Part shown: positions 1 to 12,197 of the stretch, piece after piece
How positions within the stretch are numbered: the first letter of the stretch is position 1
Layout: every line of letters starts with the position of its first letter
Source of the DNA: Isurus oxyrinchus
Lineage: Eukaryota
Reading direction: 5' to 3'
DNA length: 64,000 bases
Assembly: GCA_026770705.1 (NCBI GenBank)
Contig: JANJGN010000152.1
Span: 1 to 64,000 of the forward strand
Made by a program: the position numbers and the translations under genes
Notes under the pieces: model-generated
The model's database searches: none
What the model was told of the DNA's origin: nothing
What the model saw: the letters and a program-made list of their open reading frames with translations, nothing else

Positions 1-933
1 TTTCGGATGAATGATTTTAAAAGCAAGGGAGTACATGTTAAAAATGCAGCAGATCTTGGTTAGAGCACACATGAGCTATCGTGAGCAATTCTGTACTCTT
101 CCTTACGGGAGGAATTTACAGAGGCATAGACACAATTCAGCAAGGCATTACATTGACGATGCCAGGTGTAAGAGTTAAAGAAAACACTGCACAGACTGGC
201 CTCCTTTCCTATAATAAAGAAAATACAGATGGGTAACCAAAAAGGGTTCTTTTAATAATGATGGAGTTTGAAAGGGTAGACATGGAGATGTTTCCACTTG
301 TACTTAATTCAAAACTGTGGGGTATATAAGTGACCAAAAGATCCAACATAGAGTTCAAGAGAAATTTATTTATCCAAAGGTGGGATGGAATTCGTGAATC
401 ACGAATCCGACTCCAGCAGGCGCTGAAGTGAACTGATGCATTTAAGGGACACAGAGGGTGAGTGGAATCGGAGGATATGCTGAGAGAGTGAGATAATGAT
501 GGATAGGCTCTCTGGAATTGTAAACACCGAAATATTGAGTAAGGTGCTATTTTCTGTGGTTTAGTTTGTATATCATTTTCTGTAGCATTGTTTGCGAAAT
601 TTCACCGTTAGTTCAGTTCAGTTGAACTTTTAATCTCTAATTTCTGTTTTCTTTAACCGTGTGTTCCAGATCTGAGCGATGCAGATTCTATTATTCAGCA
701 GGAATCCTCAATCTGCAGTTTGTTCTCTCGGTCGCTGCTGGAAACTGTTGGCTGACTGTCTGATTCGAGGTGAACGTGGTTTCCTCTCGGTTTGTGCTTG
801 AGCGGTTGATAGCACAGCTGAACATTGTGGTTGCATCTGCCCGGGATTCTACAAATAAACACAAATGGACAGGAGGTCCGAGTCACAGTACAAAGAGAGT
901 TTGTTCGCAGGTGTGAGACTGTTTTCCATCGTT

Positions 934-1378
934 AACAGAGAAGCAGTACACGACAGCATCAGTCAACTGCAGATCTGAATTGGATAAAATAGTGAATTTC
1001 GCGAAGGTCTGGAGCTTGACTGAGAAACGGATTTGGGCAAAACCTGTTTTATCTTCATAATCGCTCGTAGATTTCAGCAATATAAACTGGAGCTGGGCGC
1101 CTAGATGTTGCCTGTACCAGTTTAGCCAATAGCTGCTTTGTGTCAGATATTAACTGCAGCTTAAAGTCACTGCTTCCTCTTTTGCCTTTGCATCTGAGGA
1201 CAGCGGTTCTTACAGAATTTCCATGAATTAGATGTGAACAACATGCTGAAACAGAAAAAAAAAATCAGAACATTTAAAAGCTGTGTGGGAAATGAGAAAA
1301 ATAAAGATGAAATGTGCGTTGTCCAAAATTACCTGTCAGAAATGGTCCCCACACAAGCCAGATGTTGAGTAGTTGCAT
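934..1378 (-). pseudogene. TCR alpha/delta-type V pseudogene (leader 1333-1378, V exon ~934-1245)
   Basis: Leader MQLLNIWLVWGPFLT with GT donor; V reads VTLSCS*YLTQSSYWLNWYRQ...FAQIRFS...LQLTDAVVYCF; FR1 frameshift, stop, decayed RSS (AACGATG...ACAAACTCT). Confidence 0.85.
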
Positions 1379-1894
1379 TGTCGCTGTCCGCTCTGTAAAA
1401 GGGGAGTTGGATATTTAAAGACACTCGTTTTAATCCCCCAATCTCAATAATCTGCTTTCGTGTCTCCGGATGTTCTCACCTCACTTCCTTCAGTCCCCAG
1501 TGGTGCTGTGAGAGGTAGGTGGTGAGCTAGCCCTCAGTGAATGTAAACACCCAGAACTGGACTATGGTCAGTGTTTTTACAGGGGGAATGGCTCATCTTT
1601 AGAGACCGAGGGTGGTGTTCTGGCTGTCAGTGAATTTAATCACCCAGGGCGATATTTAGTGCCCCTAATGGGGGAATGGTTCTGCTTTAGGGACCAGCGT
1701 AACAGTGGCTGATTATTTAACCAGGAAACACAAGGTTGACCTGTCCGGGAGGAGAGTCAGAACAGTGACCCACTGACATTTCCCTCAAGCATCGGTTAAC
1801 TATTGAGCTAAGGACGATTCTGTGTTTTGTCTCAGTGATTTTGAGAACCGTGTTATTATAAAGGTGATAGCTATTATTAGTGAACAGGTAATTG

Positions 1895-2255
1895 AACAAA
1901 CCTAGAGAAACAATCCGAGAGGAATTCACCAAGGCTTCTTCGACAGCAATTTCCAAACCCATGACCACTACCATCTGGAAGGACAAGGGCAGTAGATAGA
2001 TGGGAATATCACCACCTAGAGATCCCCCTCCGAGTCATTGATCATTCTGACTTGGAAATATGGCACTGTTCTTTCACTGTCGCTGGATCAAAATCCTGGA
2101 ACTCTCTCCCTAACAACACAGTGGGTGTGTCTACACCATGCGGTCAGCAGCGGTTAAAGAAGGCAACTCACCACCGAATTCTCAAGGGCAATTAGGGAAG
2201 GGCAATAAATGCTGGTCCAGCCAGTGAAGTCCACATCCCGTGAATGAATAAAAAA
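1895..2255. mobile_element. Shark SINE/LINE-tail family copy
   Basis: GGGCAATTAGGGA..GGCAATAAATGCTGG..CCAGC motif also at ~4980, 12370, 43630, 49030-49210 and 57920-58370. Confidence 0.7.
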
Positions 2256-5200
2256 ACAGCTATCCCTCTATTTTAAACAATATTTCGAGCACTGATCCCT
2301 GCTGTTGTTTATGTAAACTTTTGTGTAAACCTCAGTCGTGAATTCTGTCCAGCTTTGTGCAAGTAAGGATATATTTAAACAGCCATAACTTTCAGACTTC
2401 GGGCTTGCAAATAGGGAGAAAAGAGATTATGTCACATCGACTGTCTGCAGCCAGTTACAGAAGGCAGAATGCTCCGGGCGGGTCAAAGCTCCCAGGGGGA
2501 GGTGCAGGGTGCATACTCATTAAAAAGTACTTGAAACCCACTGTGCATAACATTCCGTACTTACAACTGTCAATCAGATTAGAAAAGGAGTTGGGCAGAG
2601 AGAAACAAAATAAAACGGTTTTGAATTGTCCTTCACTCCTTTAACATCGATCCCCACCCTCGGTACAGTGAATGGCTTCAGAAATCACATCTCATCACAT
2701 ATTTCCTTCATATTTTAATATCCCTTTCCCCTTCTTCAGAAATATCACCTCAGGGTGTAATATTCCATTCCTCCTCTTCAGAAATCCCAATTCAGGTGTA
2801 TCTTTCCTTCATATTTTAATATCCCTTTCCCTATCCTCCAAACGTTTCACTCACTTGCTTTGCTCAGTGATTAACTTCAGATTTTAATCCGTCGTTATGA
2901 CTTCCTGAGGATCATTAAGGAAGAGCTGCTATTGAGGTAGAAGCAGAGATAGATTGCTGACTGTGATTGATGTACTTTGAAAATACATTGAGAATTAAAC
3001 TTGGGGTATCCGGCCCTCACCATGGACCTGTCTTAATGCAAGACAAACATGCAAAAGTTTCAATAGCTTCATTTTCCAACCTAGCCTTCTTACACCAGAA
3101 TAGTCACATGAAGATAAAAAGGTGAATGTCCCAATTGGATACGTCATATTTCAAGACAGTGGTTAGAATCATAAAATGATGGAGCGGTGACAGCACAGAG
3201 GAAGACCATTCATCCCATTTTATCCGTGCCGAACTTCTGTGAGAGCAGCTAAGCCAGAATACCTGCCTTCCACCCACAATCCTGCAAATCGTTTCAGAAA
3301 TTCCAGCAAGATCAGTTCTCTGGAAAATCTTTTCTTATTGTTGATCGATTCGCTTTTTGATCTTTTAATTTTCCAGAGTACGGCTAACGCGACTGCCTCC
3401 TATCTGTTTGTTCTCCGGCATCTAACCAGGTGGCCGACGTGTTCCTCAACAACACATCCGATAATCGGGCTGGTTGCAGTTTGCAAAGGTCAAAAGCGAT
3501 TGGTGACAAATCACTTTGGTGGCGCAGTCAGGTCCTCGCGATCTGGCCTGAAATCAAACTTCACCCACTGCTGCTCTGTGTGGAAATCTGCCCAGACAAA
3601 GTGGTTCCAGATCTACCTTTCTCGAGGAAGGTGACTGGACTGAGCAATGAGTCAGAAAGTTCACCTTTTAAGGCACTCGGGACTAGTGAATTCAAGGGAG
3701 ACGTCAGCGTTATTGCTGCCGGTGAATGGATCCACCCAGCCGAGGGGGGCGTGGGGTTGTGGGGGGGTGGGGCTGTAATACAAACAATTAATGCAGCTGA
3801 AACAAAATGTAAAATTGCCTTAATTATTGAAAAGTAAGAAGGTAGAGTAGAGAACATATAGACCTGCTGGTGTTACTATAATAACTGCAGATGAATGTGA
3901 AAGAGATCAGAGGGTCGAGCGGGTTCCGACTTGCAGGGCATGCAGTCAAGAATACCTTGCATACTGACAGTAGGAGATATCTTTTCACCATACCTTGACA
4001 TTGGCAGCGTTAAAAGGATATCATATCTGTGGTCGCTGTTCAACTGCAGCATTTACCTAGACAGCGCATGGACAAAACAAGTGTGAGAAAGTTGCTTCAA
4101 CAATAATATGCTCATTGAAAATGATATAACTCCACCTCTCCATGAGAACCATGTTAGTTCCAGGTTCACGAAATGAATTCCAATGTTGTTATATAGTTGC
4201 AAATCCCTTCACCATTGAGCTCGGGTTGAAGTATGCGGGTGAAAGCAGATTTTGGATGACCAGAAAAATCCCAACCCAATCCGAATTATAATCCATTGTC
4301 ATAGCAAATGTACTTAATTCAAAACTGTCAACTTGAGGTAACTACCTTATTTGTATTAAAGTAAGATATGAAATTTTTAGCATGATCAAAGATAGAATAT
4401 TATGAATTCAAACCGAAGGACTGAAAATATTTTATTTTGTGAATTTAGATGGAAGCAAATGCCAGTCCGCATTCTTTGGGACAACATGACCTGTGGTAGA
4501 CACAGCGACCCGGCACCGCCACCTGGTGGTCTGGTTTAAATGGTCACCTTTGAGAGGATCACAGAGACCATTGCTCACGATTTGTGTTCTTTCTGTTTCC
4601 ATTATTCGGTCTGATTCAGGATAATGAAACGGACGCTCCTCCCACCTTCCAACAAAGCTGAGCGAGAAATACTTCACTCTGTGAAGTGAAGCCCCAGAAG
4701 CCTGTTCCTAGCGGGTACAGTGTTCTTGTGTTCGTTAAGATTGATGCACAACAGCACTAACTTCTCCAGAAGCAGTTACCCTGACCTGGATCTGCCGACA
4801 ATTAATTTACCGAAGTTGATAGGACACGACATGAAGCTTAGCTTCATTTTATTGGTGGCCTCTCTGGATTTCTCACTCTATCCTCCACGTGATTGCGGCA
4901 CACAACATTAGATACAATATAACTATAATATCGTATATAGTGCAATATATATTGCCACAACATAATATATATTATTCGTTTATGGGGTGTGGGCGTCGCT
5001 GGCCGGGCCACCATTTATTACCCATCCCTCCCTAGTTGACCTTGTTCAGAGTGTATTTAAGCGTTAACCACGTTGCTGTGGGACTGGAGTCACATGTTGG
5101 CCAGACCAAATAAGGATGGCAGATTTCCTCCCCTAAAGAGTATAAATGAACCAGATGGGTTTTTACGACAACCGACAGTGGTTTCATGGTCATATTCCCA

Positions 5201-5422
5201 GATTTGTATTGAATTCAAATTTCAGGATTTGTCGGGGTTCGAATTATATATATGTATATATATGTAGATATATATAAAAATATAATTATGCTATATTCTG
5301 TTGGATTGCATTTTCCTGTATTCTATCAACATGTATTTTGTTATTTTGTATTTTATTGTTGTATGTTATAAGGAATTGCGTTATATTTTACTAATTATGT
5401 GCCATTATATCTAATGTAATTG

Positions 5423-5673
5423 GCAGTGATGGAACATGACAGTAAGCGGTTGTTGCGGAAGGGGACATTGTAACATTGACATGTTTTATCACAGTAGCAG
5501 GGCGGATCCTACAATGGTACAGACAATATCCGGACTAAACAGTGCAGCATCTGGCGAGAAGTACCAGCGATCGGAAAAGGATCAAAGTTTGGCCCAATTT
5601 AGCATAGTGAAGTGCTCTGAATGTTAGCAACACTTCAGTGACAGACGGTGCCACCTATTTCTGTTCGTTTGAG
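5423..5673 (+). pseudogene. TCR V (alpha-like) pseudogene; possible 5' part/leader at 4831-4888
   Basis: VVAEGDIVTLTCFITVAGRILQWYRQYPD*...LNVSNTSVTDGATYFCSF; several stops; no clean RSS. Confidence 0.75.
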
Positions 5674-6392
5674 ACAGAAGGTGTTACCTCGCAATAAGGA
5701 TCATAGAAAAGCCTTCTGAGGGAGAGGGTGACAATTTGTAGCCTCTGCCCTCATTAAAGAACTGGGAATTTGATAACAATCTGACTGGAAAAGGGCCCTC
5801 AGTCCCCTAATAAGTGAATACTGCCCAGATCAGAATTCACACTATAAGATCAGACCAGAAGGTTCAACATCCGTTTAATATTCATTTATGTCCTGTCAAA
5901 ATGGAAATAAGACACCATGTGCCTCCCATGTTCCTTCTGAAAATGTGTTCAGTGGGCCAGTGTTGAAATAATCATTGGGTATTTCATGTTTAAGTCTAGT
6001 CCTAAACTTTGGCGCATTCTGTGCTTTGTTACAGGCAAGAGGGAGAGAGAGAGTGAGAGTTCCTGCATCCCTCTGGGTTAACGGTCTGGAAGAAAAGATA
6101 ATGATGTTAGGCTGCAGTTACTGCATACCTGATAACTTTCTCTAGCTCTGCTGACACATTAATATTCCGGGTGAGATTCGAGGTATTTACTGAGGAGGTG
6201 TAGCTCGAAACATTGAGTTAGATCTCAATATTTCCATCCAAGCTCCCTGTTGACGTAGGAAAGGACCAAGAGAGTAATACAACAATTTGAGAAATAAACC
6301 TACCAATCTTTCTCCGTGGGCTTCCTCGGGATCAAATTCCCCACCGGTAAAAGCGCAAAAGAACACTTGACAGTGTTGTGAGTAGTCGCTCA

Positions 6393-6673
6393 GGATTTTA
6401 TACGGCGACTTGGCTGTTATCTGACGCTGTGTTTCACTGCGCCATAATAGACCGCGCTGGCCTTCATACTCAGACCGCTTTTTTTGAGGTAACCAGACTT
6501 TGTAGACCTGTCAGCAGCCACCAGATATTGTCCTGAGATTTTTGCCTTCTTTCAGCACCACTGTTCTGCTGATTATCCAGCCTGGAGGATGTGTTGGTTT
6601 CTGCTGTTACCATTGCCTGTAGTAAATATCCATGGTTTTTTATTCACAATATAACTACACCGAACCTCCATCT
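6393..6673 (-). pseudogene. TCR V pseudogene, 5'-truncated, with 23-RSS
   Basis: GGSV*LYCE*...QW*QQKPTHPPGWII...SGYL...SAVYYGAVK, then CACAGCG-23-ATAAAATCC; paralog of the V at 11.9 kb. Confidence 0.85.
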
Positions 6674-6679
6674 AATATG

Positions 6680-7328
6680 ACAATAAAAATACCTGGTAAA
6701 AATCAGCAGGTCTGACAGCATCTGCAGAGAGGAACCCAGTTAACATTTTGAGTCCGTATGACTCTTCAACAGAACTAAGGAAAAATAAAAGAGAGGTGAA
6801 ATATAAGCTCGTTTAATGGGGGGCGGGGGGGGTGTGGTGGTGGGGGGTGCGGTGGTGGAGACAAGTAGAGCTGGATAGAGGGCCAGTGATAGGTGGAGAT
6901 TTCCAGAAGATGTCATAGACAGAAGGCCACAGAGATGTTGACGGTGGTGATATTAGATAAGAAATGTGCTAATAGGTGACATTAAGGGTAGAAAGCAGGA
7001 CGAGCAAGGTACAGATAGCCCTTGTGGGGTTAGGGTGGGGGGAAGGGATCGAAATAGAGATAAAACAATGGATGGAAATACATTCAAAAGTAATGGAAAT
7101 AAGCGGGAAAAGAAAAATCTATATAAATTATTGGAAAAAAGGGGGGTCGGAAAGGGGGTGGGGATTTAGAAGACTGTTCATGATCTAAAATTGTTGAACT
7201 CAATATTCAGTCCAGAAGGCTGTAAAGTGCCTAGTCAGAAGATGAGGTGCTGTTCCTCCAGTTTGCGTTGAGCGTCACTGGAACATTGCAGCAGGCCAAG
7301 GATGGACATGTGGGCATGAGAGGGTGGA
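6680..7328 (-). mobile_element. Penelope-like retroelement 3' fragment
   Basis: Reverse-complement homolog of the 3' part of 41740-42600 (shared CAGATGCTG..AGACCTGCTG end). Confidence 0.65.
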
Positions 7329-7344
7329 CATGCATTTCAACACG

Positions 7345-7562
7345 CCACCCTGTACCGACGATGCTGATTCCTTATGCTGGTACCGGCAGTACCCAGGCAG
7401 ACAGCCCGAATTTGCAGTCCGGAGGCTCATGGGTGGCAGTTCAGTATTTAAGGCGGATTTCGCTCAGAGCCGGTTTTCTAATATAGTCCAGCAGTTGTAT
7501 CGATTGACGATCTTGGAGTTGTGGCTGTCTAACACCGCGGTCTATTGCTGTGCACTGAGTCT
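7345..7562 (+). pseudogene. TCR V (delta-like) pseudogene, 5'-truncated
   Basis: LCWYRQYPGRQPEF...ADFAQSRFS...LTILELWLSNTAVYCCALS; FR1 and leader absent. Confidence 0.8.
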
Positions 7563-8580
7563 CACTTTCTGGAGCACAGCTGCTGTCTGTTGAGGGCTGT
7601 TTATAACAGCGGGTCAGACACTGGCACGTCAATCCATTCTGTTCGAGCACAATCCACGGAATCACCATCTAAATCGCTCGCATTGAATATTGATTCAGTC
7701 TGATTACTGTATTAAATGTGGGGGGCAGAATCCTATTGCTTATTTGGGAATGTCTGAGAGATCGCCATATCCATTGAGAATACAAACACCTGAAAGTGGC
7801 CTGCGCCGATTTATGTCAGTGCACTGCTGTTCATGAAACAACTGATGGCAAAGGAACAAATGTTTCTTTTGTGTTGAAATAGCCAGTAGTGAGACATAAG
7901 GCCACTAGGTGAGGAGAATCCGAATAAATATAATGACCTGATTAAACATCTCTCGATATTAGTTGTTTCCATATATTGAAATTAAGAACCTATAAAATAA
8001 ACAGGCACAAAGAGGTTATTTTCAAGACATGATTAGAAGCTGATGAACAATGATTAATAGATTGTATAATCCACAAGGACAGGCTGCTGTGTTCTAGGCA
8101 CCGGAACAGATGACAAGGTAACCGACTGAATACTAAAGCTTTTTTTTTAAGTATCAGAAAGTTTGAGCACTGAAAGCGCTTTGGGAAATCTGAACACACT
8201 AGGTAAGGCTTTATGAAAATGCAAAGCCTTTGTCCTTTTTTGCTGCGCCTCCCTTCAGTGATATATAACTGATGCTGCATTTGTGTTGTGTGTACCCTCT
8301 GTAACGGCTGGAACATAAGCTCAACTATTTTGCTCAGCATTTCTGCCGTTTATTCTTTAATTTACAAAAATAGGATGACTTTTCTGAACACATTTTACAT
8401 TATGCTCAGGATGTATTCGATCTAAATGGAAAAATTCAAAATGCTGCACCTGTTGCTATCGGCTTGTTATTTATTTGGATTTACTTTAAATGAGCACATT
8501 CCGGTTAGATGCTTTGAAAGTCTTTGTTCCTCCCCACTCTACCCGCCATTCCGTTCAACGGGTCACGTTTCTGCAGTGTT

Positions 8581-9119
8581 CCTCTACGAGGAAGGCTCCG
8601 TCTGGTTCCTGTCACTGTGTCTCTCAGCCCGCAGTAATACACTGCGCTGTCAGGCAGCCGCAGGTCGCGGTTGGTGAAATTCTCCTCACTTCTGGAAGTG
8701 TCGAGAGATGCGGATAATTGAGTCCCCGCGCCCTCTGCGTTGAAAACAACCCCAGCGTAAGGGTTACAGGTCAATATTGTGGGGGCTTTTTCGCCTTCCT
8801 GATGGTACAGTTGCAATAAGCAGAAACCAAACGTGGTCGAATAGCTGAAAGTAATGGTCAGCGAGTCTCCTTCAAACTGTGCCCCTGCAACCGGCTCCTG
8901 TAACACCGAGTCTGCAGAAAATTCAAAGTACAGAACTTCAACTTCTTATTATCACTGTTACAATCAGGGTTATCATGTTAACGGAGCCCTTTACAAATAA
9001 AGGGAAACATAGTTAAAAGGAAGATCACTGTGCCAGTATAACCTGCAAAATGAAAATTGCGTAACTTTGCAATTTACCAGTTAAGAGAATCGCAGCTGTG
9101 AAGAATGAACAGACAACAT
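8581..9119 (-). pseudogene. TCR V gene with open V exon (8620-8911) that is non-functional
   Basis: DSVLQEP...DSAVYYCGLRD followed by CACAGTG; first Cys is Phe, Trp is Leu; nonamer TCGTAGAGG; leader-like exon near 9078-9119 has its ATG out of frame. Confidence 0.85.
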
Positions 9120-11629
9120 GTTTGCAGAGACGATGGCGGATTTGAATAGATTGATTCCAACCAGAATTGTTTTAGTGAAGAGTTAAGAAGATGTTGAGTA
9201 ATATCCGGCCCCGCGTCCGACTGGTTTATTCCTGACTGAGCTCACAGCTCTTTGTCCTTCAGTTCATCCAATCAGCTCACAGTTCCTTCAATCCGTGTCG
9301 CCAGAGAGTTCCAAATAAGCAGAGAGAGCATACGAACATATGAAACAGGAGCTGGAGTCGGGCACTCGGTCTCTCGACCCTGCAGCACCAGCTATCTCTA
9401 ATCTACCTATCTAACTCTCATCTACCTTCCTGCACTAAATCCAGGTCCCTTGTTTCCCTTCAAACCCAAAGATCTAGCAACCTCAGTCTAACATAAACTC
9501 AGCGACTACGCTCTGGAGTGTGGAATAATGAAAACTGCATTGAAGCCGATATAGTTTCTTTAAGTGGGTCAATCTTTGATGTGGAACGATGATGGGTAAT
9601 ATTTAAAGTTTTTCTCTGACCAGTGTTCGAGTCTCCCGTTAAAAAAGCTTCTCGATGACCGTGAAAAATACTCAGCCGATATAAAGAGGGATCTTACATA
9701 GAATGCCACACATTCTGCACCCCGCCAACACCACCCCATATCCCGCCCCCCCAATACCACTTTTTTCTCCCTCTCTCTTCCTCTTTCTCCTCTAGCTTTG
9801 TCTACTTGTTTCCCTCTTTTTCTCTCGATATCACTTTCTGCCTATTTTACTCTGTCTTTTCTCTCTGTGGGAATATTCGCTCCTGTTTTTTATTAAGTTG
9901 AAAAGTGAAGTAATTCTTGGAGGTAATGTGGCCCATTAATCACATATCCAGAATTAGCACAAAAGTAAGAAAGTTACTGACCTAATTCAACTGTATTTGG
10001 GTTGAAAATTCTTCATCAAATGTCCCAGTAGAGCCCTGCTGTGTCCAGGCGAAGCCTCGCACACAGCATTGGAAAAAGTCTGGTGGCACAGACCCACACA
10101 ATGGACACGCGCAGAGATTAGCACACAGAGAAATACATAAAAGCACTTGCAGGTGCACACACAGACATGCAAAATCAAACACGTACTCTGAAGTGCATCA
10201 ACTCAAGCACGCACGCACAGGCACACGAGGACAAGGAGAAGCATACATACACAGAGAGATATATGTCTATAGAGAGATCAATTAAAAATCAAACTGTCTC
10301 TCAGATGAATTAGAGAGAAAACTGTCTCCCATGATAGATTAAAGATTAAACTGTCTCTCAGATCCATTAAAGATTAAACTCTTTCCCGCCTTTTTGTGTT
10401 AATTCTAGACATATGATTAATGTGCCACATCACCTCCAGGAAGTACTTCACTTTTCAACTTAAGTCCCTCAGATCGATTAACTATCAACCTGTCAAATCA
10501 AGTAAAGATCAAACTGTCTCTGGCAAATTCGGGCATGAGGAGAGGAACAAACGGAAGCTATGGCCGAGGATACAGGAGATTGAAGACTGATCAAAGTGCG
10601 CGGCGATGAACAGCTGCAGCCGGAAGTGTTGGAGCGGAAATAGCGACGGTTGAAGCTCCAGGAGACCGTGAGCATCCTGCACCTGTTCACTCATCAAGTG
10701 ACTGAGAATAAATAGTGCGCGATGGGCAGGAAGGGAGCAGAAGCATTGTAAGTTAGGGGATGGAATGAGGACCGTATTTGTGTCTATTTGAAAGACCGAT
10801 CCCAATCGCCTTTCAGAGCCTGCATTTTCCACGTTGTTTTCCTGTTCCAAATTAGGACAATTCCGCATTGAAATTTATGATTGAAACCCCTTTCTCCAAC
10901 ATTTCAAGCATCGTATTCAAGATGGTAACATATACAATGTAATAAATAAAACAGATCTTTCCCTCAAATCTTTTCATGAAATCGAGGTGATTTGGTTATT
11001 GAATCTTCTGACAATGGAAGAAATTGAGTTCTACTCTGAATAAAGGACAATTTTTGGCACATCAATTGAATCTCTCTTCTACCTTCTTTGTTGCGAGGAT
11101 AAGCATCCACGTTTGCCTAGTCTGTTCGCATAAACGTCCACATATCTGGTGCCATTCTGATGTGAAGCGTCCGCACTTTCTCCAAAATCTTGACATTCCT
11201 TCTACTTCGTAGTGCTCAGGCTTTGGACATAGAACTCCAGCAATCATTTCTACAGATTTAACATCACGCCCGACCTAAAGATCAGCAGCCGCAATGACTG
11301 TCTGAACAGCTCCAATTCAGATTCCTGGGGAGCATTCGTTTCTTGATATGTATTTCAATAAACCCTGAGTCCATTCAACGGCCGCATCCGAACACTGATT
11401 TAACCGAAATCACCAGCGGAGGGTGCCAAATTCAAGCATGGGCGTCACTAAGTCACGTGGTGGAAACGGCAAAACCAATAGGGATGGTTTCCTGAGTGAG
11501 GTCACAATGGGCCTTGCCCCCCCGCAGTGTGCGGGAGGAACAATGAGCTGGGCAGAGCCCGGGTTCCCTCTCTCCTTCTCCATCTCTCGCTCATTCCATT
11601 CACATTCGCTGAGAGAGATTCAGTCTGAC

Positions 11630-12197
11630 ATGTTGCTGATAATACTGACGGCGCTGTTCGACAGTAAGTACTGGATTAAGTTGATCAAGGCAGATCGGTA
11701 GATTAGTGTACAGAGATTGCGATAGTTTTTAGTAGAATTCACGATCAGAAATATCCATAGTATGGATAACTAGGTAGATAGGAGGTTCTGCAAACCCAAA
11801 CAGCTACAAACAAATGGAGATCAACACTGTTTAACCGCTTGATATTTCATTCCTCTACCTCACAGGCGGACGATGCGCACATCCAGTAACTCAGTCCCCG
11901 GTCGCACTAACGGTGTCGGAAGGGGGTTTGGTGCAGTTAGATTGTGAATATACAGATCGGAATCTAAACTACATGCAATGGTATCGGCAGCAGACGGCAC
12001 AGCCACCAAGATGGATTATTACCAATGTCTTAGCACTGAAGAAAAATTAAATTTCAGGACGGTATCTGGCGGCTGCTGACATGTCTCAAAAGAACGGTTA
12101 CCTCAACATAAGCGAACTGAGTGTGGAGGACGGGGCGGTGTATTACTCTGCAATGAGGCACAGCGTTAGATCACAGCTAGAACCCCATACCTCAGCG
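11630..12197 (+). pseudogene. TCR V pseudogene (leader 11630-11663, V 11866-12158, 23-RSS)
   Basis: MLLIILTALFD|GTAAGT; PVTQSP...LDCEY...MQWYRQ...KN*ISGRY...DGAVYYSAMR; in-frame TAA, second Cys is Ser; CACAGCG with poor nonamer. Confidence 0.9.

Noticed and set aside
3239-3857. Overlapping 98-135 aa ORFs with a THCCSVW motif
   Set aside because: No Ig framework, RSS or recognisable homology
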